A DNA stretch of 64,000 nt from Fistulifera solaris (taxonomy: Eukaryota). Each line of letters starts with the position of its first letter. Position 1 is the stretch's first letter. Where the stretch lies: positions 186,001 through 250,000 of the forward strand of contig AP026125.1 of NCBI GenBank assembly GCA_030295235.1, written 5' to 3'. A program made the position numbers and the translations under genes. This document shows positions 32,140 to 45,043 of this stretch, piece by piece. The notes beneath the pieces were generated by a model, which ran no database searches, was not told where the DNA came from, and saw only the letters and a list, made by a program, of their open reading frames with translations.

Positions 32140-34614
32140 ATGATACGCAAAAGGCAAAAAACAGATACCAGGTAAGGGCCAACTTCCTTTCCTAAATAAT
32201 AAAGCAATGATATGACATATAACACCCGTCTGATCGTTATTGCATCAGGCGACAATTTATCGAAAAGTCTGTGCTATTTGGTGAGATGAACCGTGGCGTA
32301 GACGTGGTGAAACACTCATTGCGAACTCTATCGATAGGAAGTTTCTTTGTCTGGACATCAAAACAAATATCCGACGATCAATCTTTTCGTAGCACGTCCC
32401 ACTGCTGCTTTCTGACATGCGAGTCGAAGTTTCATATCAAATCCCTGCTAAACGACTTTCGCAATGTGTTAAATTATAATTCTTCCAAAACCCTTTTGGA
32501 TTCAGCCTGTTCGCCCCATGTACAAAATTCACGCTTCACAAATGCAAAAACGGCCCGTGAATATGATTTTGTAATTGTCGGTGTAGGTAGTGCAGGCATG
32601 AGTGCCCTTCTGCATTTGCAAAAGAATGCCCGTCTGCAAAAATCGCCGTGGTGGATCCTATTCAAAAGCCGACAAAACATCAAAATGTGGATATCTTTTC
32701 CGATAAAGCAGCACGTCTAGATCCAGTGCAGCATTTAGTTTATTTGGATGCCAACACGGCTCTGTTCTATAAGCATGCAGTATTGCTGGCGACGGGGCGC
32801 GTGGCGCTCCTCCGCCCACCTATCTCGTGGACGAGAGAGCCAAAGAACGTCTTCTCGAAGTCCGACCGACGTCGTGGACGACAGGTATAGCATCACAATC
32901 TGTCAACGACATTCGAAAAACAATCACGGAGCGAGCGAGACAAGGAGAATCTATAGGAATTTTAGGATCTGGTTGGGAGGCGTTAGATTTGGCGGTGCTG
33001 GCGAGCCTATCGTCTCGCAAACCATCTCGAACGCACATATTCTACGGAAGTTCGATACCGCTTGGGAGGGCTGTACCGTCGTATCTAGGCAGCTTAATCA
33101 CCAAGCGGCTGAAGAGCAAAGGTATTTATATTCACGATCAAACTATGATTAGATATTTGTCATGTCCCCACCATGAGGAGGATAGCCAAAACGACGGAGT
33201 ACCATTTGACATTTATACTGCGAATTCCAACGACTTTATGGATACGAAAAAGACTACCTTACACTGGTTGGTTGTTGCTCCTGAAGTATCAGGGCCCTCG
33301 GGCTGTGCTTCACTTGCAACAAATGAAGTACCACCGCACCTTGTAGACTCGTCGGAAGGTAGACCATGGTACCAAACTTGGGCCAACCTCAGCAGAATGA
33401 CCTCGTCTGACCCCTCTTGGATAGTTTGCTTCAAAGACGATGGACGAATACTTGTAAATTCAGAGCTCAGTGCGTGCACAGGAGTGTTTGCGGCTGGTTC
33501 TGTGGCTAAGTGTGCCAACTCGTTGAGCGGAAACGCGGATGTCGCTGGAAGGGGTGTCGTCGACGCCATGGATGCAGGTCGTATTGTTGCTTGGAATATG
33601 GCAAGAACGATGGACGGAGCTGGTCTTTTTAAATCGGAGCGTCGCGCAACGCTTACTCGAGAGCCAATCGGAGTATGGAGGTCCGACGTGCGAGCTCTGC
33701 AATACAACTCTGGCAGTTTGACATTAGATATGACATCTTTATCTAAGATTGGTATTTCTGCGCTTTGTGTTGGAGACTGCGATGCCGAGCGATACGGGAC
33801 GCATGCGATTTGGTGGACGAATCGCGCAGCGCAGAAACGATTGCTAAGATTAGTAGAGCAGGAGGACGCTACCGAAGGTGAAGATCAAAGCCTCAAGCGC
33901 AAGCGAACGCAAAGGTCGGAACTAGTCAAACACTACCCATTTATGGGTTCGGTGTTGTCTATTATCTGGATCGAGTTGGAAAAATTCAGGGCATTATGAC
34001 CTGGGGCTTGCCATTCTGCAATAAGAAAAACGGCTCTCTCAATCAAAGTCTCGTTGGGTTCTTGAAGTCGATAATCCTGACAAATGGAGGGATCACCTCG
34101 TTGGATACAGAAAGGGATCATATACGCATGTCCGACTATTTGTCGACCGCAAGTAAGCGCGTGGTCGCCACTGCATTGAAAGAGAGCCAGGAGTCCCTCA
34201 ACGATCACTACCAGTTGGGAGGATCAGAGCTGGAACTGTTTTCCACGGCCGCTGCATCGGTTCACGGAAGCCCGTCCCCCAAGTGCGCGGAGTTTCAGTG
34301 TACTGAAGAGGCGCGATGGCCTCAGCCACGGAATTCTTGGTCAAGATCTATTTGATTCCTTCACGGAACCTTTGGTAGATGACCCTATACCTGTTCCGGA
34401 TCCGTCGCAGAACGTCGGATTTGCCGCGCGAGAAGCGCAAAGTATGTACGAATGGGATGTGTATCAGCAGAAGGAACGCCGTTGGGATGAAAATGAAAGT
34501 CGTGCCCGGCCTCCGAAAGAAGAGCAGCTATGGATTCGCAAAGGAGACGAGTTACGCAACATGACCGCTCGCGATTCGCTATATTCGGCTTACGGTAGCG
34601 CAATGGGAAGATAA
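32140..34614 (+). CDS. AIF-like FAD-dependent pyridine nucleotide-disulphide oxidoreductase, several frameshifts, 5' exons approximate
   Basis: YDFVIVGVGSAG (GxGxxG), LLATG, ILGSG, DGRILVNSEL...VFAAGSVA, and GVVYYLD...IQGIMTW after frame correction. Confidence 0.75.
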
Positions 34615-34672
34615 AATAGTCTATAAAAATGATTTTAACAACTGACATAGTTGTGCGAATGGTCTTGTTGCC

Positions 34673-35257
34673 TCAGATACGTCGTCTCTTTGTTTTCTTA
34701 GCTTCAAAATGAGCGGGATGCTTCAAGCATCCCTGAGAATCATAGGAGAATGCATCTTCTTCGACCACGCCCTCCACGTCGCATCCTTCCCAGAACCATT
34801 CAATGCGGTTCCTCTTGGCTTGATTTCGGAGAACGTGCAAACTCGTCCAGATACTTCGTTTCTCGAGAGCCGTGTAGTCTCGGTGGCTTGGTATCTCCAC
34901 CACCGAGTCGACTGGCGTGAAGCGAACATGCGGTTGCGGGCTGATTCGAGCTGGTGATGATGGTGCGGAATGCACGAGCTTGCTCCAATCTATGTCTTCT
35001 TCCGTCGATTCCGGAGGAGGAGGAAATGACAGAACCGACGTTGTATCGGGGCTGTCTTCGACCTTGCTATGTTTCACCCGGGCTTTCGTGGGAAGACCTC
35101 GCTTTTGACCGCGGTTCGCGTAGGAGAGCTTTAGAGACTGCAATACGGGCACCACCGGAGGACTATCATCTTGAATAACAACATGATCGGATCGTTGTTG
35201 TCGACTAAAGGAACAAGGCAAACGCCGGAAAGCAAGAGGGTTGCGAGCTGCTTTCAT
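34673..35257 (-). CDS. Diatom-type hypothetical protein, homologue of 8655..9260
   Basis: HVRF...EIPSHRDY...IWTS...RN..EWFWEG..V..VVEED.F...HPAH. Confidence 0.75.
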   Translation of the reverse strand: MKAARNPLAFRRLPCSFSRQQRSDHVVIQDDSPPVVPVLQSLKLSYANRGQKRGLPTKARVKHSKVEDSPDTTSVLSFPPPPESTEEDIDWSKLVHSAPSSPARISPQPHVRFTPVDSVVEIPSHRDYTALEKRSIWTSLHVLRNQAKRNRIEWFWEGCDVEGVVEEDAFSYDSQGCLKHPAHFEAKKTKRRRI

Positions 35258-36359
35258 CTTGTACGATTGATTTGAGGGGGGTTGGCGAGATTATGACTGG
35301 CACTCATACTGCTGTATTTTTGGAAGCGCCAAATAATTCGATCGCTGGCGTTGTTTTCGCAGTGCCGGTCCATGCAGGTGTTGTGTGTGAAGATGTGACG
35401 AAGCGCGCGTTTGACGGAAACCGATTGTTGCTGGTTTTGGATTGCGTGGGGCTTTTGGTTATTTTACACGATAGATTTCTGTAGGAATCTCCACCGAAAA
35501 GCGTGTGTTTTTGAGGTGAGACAGGCGGCACAGATCAAGCTATAGTAATTAAAGTATTATAAGGCTGCTTTGACTTAATCCTGTTCCGTGTTCCTTTCGT
35601 AGTAAATGTCACGTAGAAAATCGTAGGAATGACGACCGAAACACAGAACTTCTAAATCGAAGACGGCTCGCTCGCTTGCACGCCGGCATGGGCAATGCGT
35701 TTTTCTCCGCCTCAAAAGATATAGACGGCAAAGTACGCAGTTCAACGTTGAAACGAAGAAAGACGCTGTTCAACACCCCTTTTGGAGAGAGCTGTCGTCG
35801 TCCACAGATCGAGCGATGACGAGACACCAAAAACAGAAGGATTCCATCACGATTCGTACGTACTGGTACTGTTCTTTCATAGGTGACCCATTCGCATTCA
35901 AGATTCGAGTTTGTACTTTTGGGCTACGCAAATTCGATTGCAATTTTTTTCTTCTGCTTCCGTTAACGTAACTCGTGCGTTATTCCATGATTAACGGCGA
36001 AGAAGAAGAACGGAGTATCTTCTGAATGCAATCACGTCTAAAATTCCTTCGCACTTGCGGAATTATAAACAACAAATCAAGGGACTGTTTTCTCTAGACT
36101 AGCCAGTGAACAGATGTCACTGGAGTGTATCACTTGCTTCATGGGTATCATAACGGTTCAACTGACAACTTTTTCGATCTTTTTTAGCGAAAGGAAGAGC
36201 ATGAAGGTTGCGATCGCGGTTCGATTAGAAAAGTGCCTGTTTTAGCTCCGTGGCATTGTAACGAGGCTTTGCGATACCTTTTGATCGAGATTGCACATAA
36301 GGAAGCTTGTTCAAGCAACAATCAACCACTTAAATTATTTTCCTATGTACATGCAATTA

Positions 36360-37499
36360 TTATTCTGACACAATGGACCACTGTACTTGCTCTCCTGATC
36401 GCAAGGGCACGACTTTGCTTCCTGGCCCGAAATCGAACGTTATAGGCACATCCTGCGGTTGTTTGACCAAGGTCAGTGTTGCGGTCGAACGCGGGAGTCC
36501 GTAATGATCGGCTCCAAACGAACTGCAGAAGTCTTCCAACTTATCCAGCGCATCCACCGAGTCAAAGACTTCGGCGTAGAATTCGACAGCCGCGTGCGCC
36601 GTATATACCCCAGCGCATCCACAAGCGGTTTCTTTGTTGTACATGGCGTGTGGTGCGGAGTCGGTTCCCAAGAAAAACCGCGGACTGCCCGATGTTGCAG
36701 CAACAATTAATGCCTGACGGTGTACTTCGCCTTTGAGGATGGGGAGACAATAAAGATGAGGTCGAATACCACCCACCAGTAGATCTGTCATAAAGCAAGT
36801 TAAAGTTCTTTGTTAAAACAAGTGTCGTGTTCATCAAAAGCGGGTCGAGTAACATCAGTTGCACTTACGGTTGCGGTTGAACAAGAGATGGTGACAGGTT
36901 ATACTCGCTTTGACATTATCGGGTGCCGACAAAACATAATCGACTGCTTCCTTCGTACTAATGTGCTCCATGGTAATCTTAAGCTTGGGAAAGTCTCTAA
37001 CAAGCGGCTTCATAACTTCTTCAATAAAAATGGGCTCGCGTTCAAAAATATCCCCGTGAGTCACCTCCGAATGAATACATAGCATCATTCCTTGATCGGA
37101 CATTTCTTGCAAGGCCGGATAACACTTTCGAATATCAGTGACACCATGATCGGAGTTCGTCGTCGCACCCGCTGGATAGTATTTGCATCCCGCAATGCCT
37201 TGCGCGGCGGCTTTTTGAATCTCTTCCGGTGTCGTTTGGTCGGTCAAATACAACACCATGACAGGCTGAAAATGAGGAAAGGATTGCCCCTCGGGCATGG
37301 ACGCGAGAATATGTTGCTTGTAAGCCAGCGCCATTTCGGTCGTCGTGACAGGAGGCTTCAAATTGGGCATCATCAAACATCGTCCGAAGCGAGGACAGAC
37401 ATGCTGCAGAATGGTGGCTGTTTTGGGACCGTCGCGGGCGTGATGATGAAAGTCATCCGGCAAGCGGATCGTGAGCTTCGTTCCGGGAGCTGCGGGCAT
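36360..37499 (-). CDS. pyrC: Dihydroorotase (homodimeric class II)
   Basis: [41 protein letters not shown] and FLGTDSAPH motifs. Intron 36785-36868. Confidence 0.95.
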
Positions 37500-38051
37500 G
37501 ATAGTTTTTGAACGATAGAAAGTTGCTGTATTGAAGACTTTGAAACAGTTTAATGGAGAGAATGTGATGCTCTTTGAAATCCATCAACAAAAAAATAAGA
37601 AAGTGTCGTGAAAAAGCGAACGCTGCGCTTGTGATGGGTGCGTGATGTAGGATACGTGAGTTAATTCTTTTATTGATCAAGAATCACGAATGTTCCTGCC
37701 GTCTGTTCGTCGATCCCGGTCATTGCATTGAGCCGCGCGGTCATGCGCGAAAGATGAGATCGAAAGAACAAAAAGAAAAAAAGAAACCAAAAACGGAACG
37801 AAAGCTGCGAGAAACGATGACACCACGAAACGAATGCAACGTAAATGGCACCTTTCTTTCGCTGCCTTCTTTCCATTTCTGTCACGGAAAGATACTAACG
37901 AAGCGACTCCGTGTCAACGTGGACTCGATAACGTGGGAATGAAGTAGAAGAGAAACCAAGATGCTCATTATTTTGGAGCGACGACACTTAACCAGCGCTT
38001 GTCGGCGCTGTGCAGGGTTCGCAGTTTTCTCCTGGAGGCTTCTCATTAATC

Positions 38052-38888
38052 ATGGCATCATATAGTGACGCTAATGATGAAGATAGCGGTAGTTTCATGT
38101 CTGTCTCATCCGCGAATGGTCACCTTCACACGGCTTGTCCCCTCTATTATGATCAGCGGGATGACGGCCCTGTGTATCACTATCCAAGCTATCATCCCCA
38201 TTCATCCGTACAGCACTACCACGAGCTTGAACATACCCCTCCTGTCTACATGACCGCGACAATTGGTCAACACGACGTGTTGTGTGGGCGGGGCGGGGCA
38301 ACCAACTCCAACAACGGTAACAAGCTCTTCCGTCGCCTGGTCAAGAAGTATAAAGATGAGTATTTAAATGCGAGAAAGATCGATAAGCCTGCCATTGCAG
38401 CTCGTGTTGTTGAATCTGTACGAAGCAAAGGTGGGCATTTTTACGACAGCATGGGACGTCGCAGGATGGGCGACATATCTACTGGGTCGAGGTAGGAGAT
38501 GATAAAGCCAAAGAAAAAAACCTGCCAGGCCTTGCGAGAAGGGGCCCCCGCCATATTACGTCAGCAACGCGCCACGAGATACTCTGCCGTCTATTCGGTG
38601 GATGAGGAGGATGAGAAAGTGACTGTTGCTCAAGCTAAAAAGATTGGTGGAGCATTTGTAGCTGAAAAGCAAACGGTTTCTGCCACCGATGCGTCTTCAT
38701 CGGAATCATTGACGTCTTCCATCGAAGATACAATCCTGCGACCCTGGAAGCGTCTTTTTGTGCCCTTCGGCTGGGATTGTGAACCCATCTCTCTTCATCA
38801 GCTGCCTCCGGAAGAACGCAATTTATATCTTCGTGTATTCTTGCCTCCGTTGCCGGAGGCTCATAAGAAGCCCCGCGTGTTGAAGTAG
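38052..38888 (+). CDS. DUF6824-like diatom protein, frameshifted
   Basis: HDVLCGRGG..N..GN..FR.LV......Y...K..IA..VV..VR..GG.F, followed after a frame change by KTCQALRE. Confidence 0.85.
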
Positions 38889-39067
38889 CTCTAGAGAAAG
38901 TAGTTAAGATTATGCTAAATGGTTAATTGAGCTCTAGAAACTCCCACTACAACGGAGTAGTTCAGACTGTATCATTCCCGAATGTACACGACTTGATTTT
39001 TGGATCGCAGAAAAGAAAACCTTCAACAAAAATCGGATGCGCCGCGAGGCAAAAGAACAAAAAAACC

Positions 39068-40078
39068 ATGATAAATTTTTGTTTTACATCGTCTCTGTTT
39101 TACTTTCTCTTCTTCCTTTCCACACCGCATGGCACTTTGGGGCTACTGAACCCATTTAAAGCGATTCCCTCGACGCAAACGCTAACCGATGGAAGAAAGA
39201 CGGCTGAGGATGGAGAACGCTTTCTCGAGCAGCTTCAATTACAATCTCCCACAACACCGCGATTAGCGAGTGCTCGTCTCGAAAAGATTCCTTCTTTGCT
39301 AGCAGCTTCGGCGCCGTTGGTATTAAGGGGACTCAGCGGTCTTTTTGCCTGAATTACAAATTTTCCCTGACAGAACGTGACAACAAGCAGTATGCGTATC
39401 TGACGCTAGGTGATTGGCAGACACAAGAAACAGGTTTCAGCAATATTCCTGAACTACCGTTGATTCTTTACGATGACGAGCAGTCTGCATCGTGTCGAAT
39501 CGTCCGTGAAGCCTGTTCCATTTTGTCTTTGCCGGTGACTTTCCGACCTACCAGTGGAGCCATCTTTCGTGCTGAATTGAAAAACAAGTACGGGGTGAAG
39601 CAGGCGCCCTATATGATTGATTCGAATACAGGAAAGGAAATTGCGGGTGGTTGTCAGAAGATTTTGGATTATTTGTTTCTAAGGTACGGAGGAGGAACCA
39701 TCCCATCGAATCTTGATTCACGGCGGACTGGTATACTAGCTTCGGCTTGGTTGAGTTTGAATATTGCTAAACTGTCAGGTTGGAGTCGAAAGACACGACT
39801 GTCAAAAAAAGTGGAAAAACCTCTCGTTCTTTGGATGTACGAAGGGTCGCCTTTTGCAAACAAGTACGCGATCTGTTGGATGCTCTGGAAGTCGAACACA
39901 CAGTAATATATACACCACGAGGGAGTCCGAATCGGCAAAAGCTGTATTTGAAGACAAGGCGCGTCCAATTTCCGTATTTGGAAGATCCAAACACGGGGTT
40001 GCTCTCTTTGAGTCGGATGCAATCACGGAGTACATCGAGAAAGTGTATGCGGTAAATCTTAAGGTAGAATACATGTGA
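39068..40078 (+). CDS. Tandem GST-N/glutaredoxin-like protein, probably plastid-targeted, frameshifted
   Basis: SCRIVREAC...KQAPYMIDSNTG and YEGSPFCKQVR...VQFPYLEDPNTG..LFESDAITEYIEK after frame correction. Confidence 0.8.
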
Positions 40079-40445
40079 AGATTGAATAGTCTAAGATGTT
40101 TACTAAAATCTACGTTCTGAGCTCCGATGTTTTTTGTCGGAGCATTTTAGTGCGCCACTATAATGCTTTTGATGAATGCCATTTTTTGTTAAAGGTGTAC
40201 CGCAATAACATTACCACGTAGATTAAACGCGATACGACAGGGGCGGTTGACAGCAAGACTGTATCCTTAATGCCACTCGACTCGTTACTCACGACTCGAC
40301 TTATACCAGGTACGACATGACAGACACATGACACATGACTGCAAGCTGCAAAAAAAAAAAACAGCAGCGAAAAGAGAAATGCAATAAATAAACCTTGTTT
40401 TTTATTCTTTGTGTTCATTCTTTTGTGCATGATTCAATAATCACC

Positions 40446-41138
40446 ATGATATCCGCTGCTACCATTCTCCTCATTATCCTAGCGAGCTTTCTGGGCGACA
40501 TTTCGGCTTTTACAGTTCCTTCAATAACGAAGGTCCATTCTCAGTGTCGACGAAGTAGGTCACTTGGTGCAACGGGGGATCCTATTCGTGCAGCGACCGG
40601 CATTCGACCATCCTTACATCCCGTCACCATCAACGCGATCGCCGAGGCGTTACGACAAAGAGCCAAGCCGTCCGGTGATCCGCTTCGAGGTGTGGCACCC
40701 TTGGAAATAGCACAAACTGCGGGCAAAATCGCGATCGAGGCGATAGTGCAACGACAAAAAACCAGTGCACAAGATGGCATGCAACTAACGCGTGAAGAAG
40801 AGCAGACAATTGCGGGCCGAGTTGTCGGTGTGGTGATGCGGTTTGACGAGTTAGAAGGTGTTTTGAGAGAGAGGTGCCAATCCGTGGGCTGGATTGCCAA
40901 ATATCAGGAGTGGTCGAGTTTCGGTCTTTTGGCGGAGGAAGAAGCGGAAGCAGTGGATGAACAGATATTGATGGATCCCTTGTTTTGCATGAATCGAGCT
41001 GAATGTCTTCTGGCCTTGTTCTTATCGCGTGTTGAAGCACCTTCGCTTCTACAATCCAAACAACAAGTACCTGGGGGTTCATCAGTTGATTTCATAGATA
41101 CTGATCGACTAGAAGTGTTGCTCGATAACTATCAATAG
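40446..41138 (+). CDS. Hypothetical protein with plastid-type bipartite presequence
   Basis: Signal peptide ending ISA-FT (ASAFAP-like); 230-aa ORF. Confidence 0.75.
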   Translation: MISAATILLIILASFLGDISAFTVPSITKVHSQCRRSRSLGATGDPIRAATGIRPSLHPVTINAIAEALRQRAKPSGDPLRGVAPLEIAQTAGKIAIEAIVQRQKTSAQDGMQLTREEEQTIAGRVVGVVMRFDELEGVLRERCQSVGWIAKYQEWSSFGLLAEEEAEAVDEQILMDPLFCMNRAECLLALFLSRVEAPSLLQSKQQVPGGSSVDFIDTDRLEVLLDNYQ

Positions 41139-41330
41139 TAAATAATAAAGAATGGCCAAGAATCAAGCTAGAGATTCTTGATTATAGCTGCGGCATTTTA
41201 CTCCGTATTTTTTTTAGTTTTCTGGTACCGCTACGATTGACCTTTGTGACGTCAGCATCAAACATGCAATCCGACATTTTTGCGGACAAAAAAATGACAA
41301 CACCGCACTATTTTTCGATGGCGATGAACG

Positions 41331-41792
41331 ATGATGCCTTTAAAGCAAAGCATTATCTTTTTTCTCGTTATGCTCTTGTGCGTAGCCAGTCGGGTCACAT
41401 CTTTTGTTAACCGAGCCCCGCATCATGAGAGGACGTGCTCTCGCTTGAACATGAACTTTCTAGAAAGCGCCCAAAATTTTCTCAAATCCTTTTCACGACG
41501 TGCCGAAGCCTCGCACATTCTCATCAAAGGCGGAGGTGCGGAGACAGAATTCAAGTTACAGGATCTTAAGCAAGAAATTGACAATAGCCCGATCAAATTT
41601 GCGGCCGCAGCGACTCAATATTCGGAATGTCCGTCCGCCCAGCGTGGTGGCAATTTGGGTAGCTTCGGGCCCGGTACTATGGTGAAAGAGTTTGACCAAG
41701 TTGTGTTCAATGAAGCCGTGGGACAAGTACATGGGCCCATTCGAACGCAGTTCGGCTATCATTTGATCTACATTCATGAGCGAAGTGACTGA
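41331..41792 (+). CDS. ppiC: Parvulin (PpiC-type) peptidyl-prolyl isomerase, plastid-type presequence
   Basis: ASHILIK, YSECPSAQRGGNLGSF..G.MVKEFD and GPIRTQFGYHLI motifs. Confidence 0.95.
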   Translation: MMPLKQSIIFFLVMLLCVASRVTSFVNRAPHHERTCSRLNMNFLESAQNFLKSFSRRAEASHILIKGGGAETEFKLQDLKQEIDNSPIKFAAAATQYSECPSAQRGGNLGSFGPGTMVKEFDQVVFNEAVGQVHGPIRTQFGYHLIYIHERSD

Positions 41793-42138
41793 TGTGATTT
41801 ATCGAGAATGATTGAGGATAAAAAGAGCTCATTTTCCCAAACGATTGCAAGATGGTTTTGTCAGAAAGTTATGAACTCTGTAGGTAGTAAAATTTTAGAT
41901 TGACTAGAAAAGATATTTTCCGTGTTTGTTCATGTTAGGTCAGTCTCGGATGGCTCGACTGACTCCTCTTAACTTCGTCTGTCCGCTGCGCGTTTTACAT
42001 TTTTTGAACTTTTGTGCGAGCCGATGAAAAACAACGACAAATTTATCGAAGCGCACTTTCTGGAAAGTTGCCGACCTCAATTTTCCATCAGAGCTATTAC
42101 ATACCTTGTATCCGATCGAAAACAAGGCCTACACGACA

Positions 42139-43214
42139 ATGACCCGCCCGATTCGCGTTTTGATCATTAGTGGAGGCGGTGAACGGAAAGCGACGTTGGA
42201 AGAACTCTTTGCACAAGACGATCGGTGGGACGTCACCTGGACGGCGGGGATTGCGAGCCGTTCTTTACGAGGAAGACAAAGTTGTTTGGAGCATTTGCAT
42301 CAAGCTGGTCTTATTCCGCCAGAGGAATGGGATGTTATTTCACAAGTGCCTCCGAGTGAGCTCTGGGAAACGATGAAACAAAGGATACCACTGTCCTGTC
42401 CGAACGAAGAGCCGGATGATAGAAGACCGAAAGAACATTACAGTTTCGAGTTTTGGAACAAGTCCAAAACGGTTAATAGAGGCAGATCTGTCTTGGGATG
42501 CTTATTGGCACATTTAGTGGCAATGAAGCAGTTTGTTGAAGGCGATTTTGATGTCTTGCTAGAAGACAATGTACGCTGGACAAAAGATGCCGTAGATCGA
42601 CTTGCAGAGTTATGTCAGAGTGAGGACGTGAAGGCACAACGAGGCAACTTGCTGTACTACGGCTGGCTAGGAAGCAAGGTGAATCTAGAATGGCTGTTTC
42701 AGCATTTTATCACGAATTCAGATGAAGCCGTGGTGCCATTTCCGACGACACAAGATATTGAACGAACCGTGGGCTTGAACAATAGCGACAAGCAACATCC
42801 GGGCGGTACACCTCTGTGGGGTATGTATGCCTACTGGATATCTCAACAAGGGTATGAAGCAATCATGGAGGTTCTTCGACGGGATATTGGGTCAATGCTA
42901 TGGAAAGGCAAACGAATGAGATATTACTCCGTCAAACCGGCGGACAAGGTTTTTCCAAGAAGTTTACAAAAACACAATTTGGATGTACGAATCGTCACTC
43001 GACCCCTCTTTTTCGTGCTCCTATGCTGTACAGCCGGATACACCCACAATGGGATGCTCTCTTTTGCGAAAGTACAACCGTTCAACTAAAAGGAAGTGGT
43101 CACGATTGGTCCGATCTTTTGTTAACGGCTCGTGAAATGGAAGTTGTCGAATTATACAAGAAAACTGGCGAATGGAAACGACTAGAAAATGAAGAACCAC
43201 AGCACGAAAGCTAG
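42139..43214 (+). CDS. Glycosyltransferase family 25-like protein, one frameshift
   Basis: ER..L...F, GCLLAHL.A, VLLEDN, AYWISQQG and PAD motifs resemble GT25. Confidence 0.6.
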
Positions 43215-43264
43215 TTTTGCAACAAAATGCGCTTACGATTTTAGTCTATCTATTCAGTGTTTGG

Positions 43265-44690
43265 TTAATGACGGCTTTCGAGGGGATCCCAACCGGTAAA
43301 CTGATCAGCGAGATCCTGCCAACAAGCCATGTAATCTGTATCCAACTGGGTCTCTTCTAGTGGCGCAACTTGCAAAGACAAGCTCGTCTCAAACATAAAA
43401 GCCAGCCCGCCCTCGAATTTAGCTGGATTTTTGCATTCGTCTTGGACCGCCTTGTCGTACGACTCTCGATCTGGGCCGTGAGGAGTCATGCAGTTGTGTA
43501 ACGAAGCGCCACCCGGCTGAAAACCCGCTTTGGCGTCATACGATCCAGATATTAACCCCATAAACTCGGACATGGTGTTGCGATGAAACCACGGAGGGCG
43601 AAGCGTGTTTTCGTCGGTTGCCATTATGCGCGGAGGGAAAATTACAAAGTCTGCCAGAGCGGTTCCTGTATGGTCACTGGGACATGTTAAAACCGTGTAG
43701 ATACTTGGATCTAAATGATCGTAAGTGACCGAGTTGATCGCGCAGAACTTGGTCAGGTCATCTGTAACGCAAAAGGCTGGAGTTAGAATTGCACTCGCGC
43801 AGATCATCTACTTTCGAGAATGAACATACATTTGTACGGCAAATAGTTTCCGTGCCACGCCACAACATTGAATGGAGAATGATCCGATTGCTTCATATAC
43901 AGTTTAGAATGCATCTTGCAGTAAATTGTCGATGGCCGACGGTAGTCCTCTCTACACGAAACACAATGCGCGGTGGGGTAATAAAAGTCGCGAGCATTCG
44001 CTAAACCGTTGGACCCGATCGGCCCAAGTTCAGGTAATTGAAAGCCTCCATTGAAGACCTCCAAAACGTATCCGCGAGAATCGTTGTTTAAATCTATGGT
44101 AAAGACGAAACCACGGGGAATGACCATAATCTCATTGGGTTGCACTCCAAATCGACCGACTTCTGTTTGAATCCGTAGTTCGCCTTGCTGAGGAACAATT
44201 AGAAAATCTCCGTCGCTATTGTAGAAGCTGGTATCATCCATGTTTTTTCCACATATATATTGATAGATAGCCAAGCCATGCTTGGTGATCGGATCCCCGC
44301 AGCGCACATTAGTTTCATACCGGTGAGAAACGTATGCTGCTCGGCTTGCTCCATGGATGCTGGTTTCCACCGGAGCGGATCCACTTGCGCGTGGCACTCT
44401 GAGGGAGCTATCCCGCCGAAAAAGCGACCCGTGTCTTCCGCAGCGGAAATGACGACACTGGGTTGAATGCGGTACAACCAAACTCGGCGATTCTCCGCTC
44501 GGGGTGCGGTAAAGGCTGTTCCTGACAATTGTTCTGTGTAGAGTTGAAAAGGAACCAATCGAGGATTGTTTCGTCCTGCGGGCAAGGCACCAGGAACACA
44601 TTCGCTCTCGAAGGAATTGCCGAATCCAGTTTGATAGGAAATTCCATCTTGTTCGATGAGGGTACCGCGTCGCGACGATGTATTGCTCAT
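43265..44690 (-). CDS. HGD: Homogentisate 1,2-dioxygenase, one intron and one frameshift
   Basis: [49 protein letters not shown] and [17 protein letters not shown] motifs. Intron 43762-43829; missing G at 44295-44298. Confidence 0.95.
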
Positions 44691-45043
44691 TCGGTATGCT
44701 TGACTAAAATATTTCACGTCAATCTTTCAAGTCCTTTATCTTGATAGCTGATAGATGATAGACACGTTAATCCGTCTGAAGTGATTCCGTATTGCGTTGT
44801 GGATTCCTCTCCTTCTTGCAAACGTTCAAGATCAATAGTCGTTGATGAAAGCATTCTGACAGCCCGAACATCCATCACCATGGTCGATGAAGGCTTCTCA
44901 TCGAAGTTCCTCCTTCGCGATACACTCACCGCCATAGTGACGTCATATAAAGCATAAGGTCGCCTTTTGCGTTCTATAGAGGTCGACGCGGTCGACGAAC
45001 AACGATCTCTCTATTTTATTGATTCAAACAAGCATTGTTAACA

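Noticed and set aside
36360..37499. Recent bacterial transfer of pyrC
   Set aside because: The gene has a spliceosomal intron, and class II dihydroorotases are normal in plants, fungi and algae.
39350..39352. In-frame TGA as possible selenocysteine in the GST-like gene
   Set aside because: The downstream coding frame is shifted; adding one C restores the protein without readthrough.
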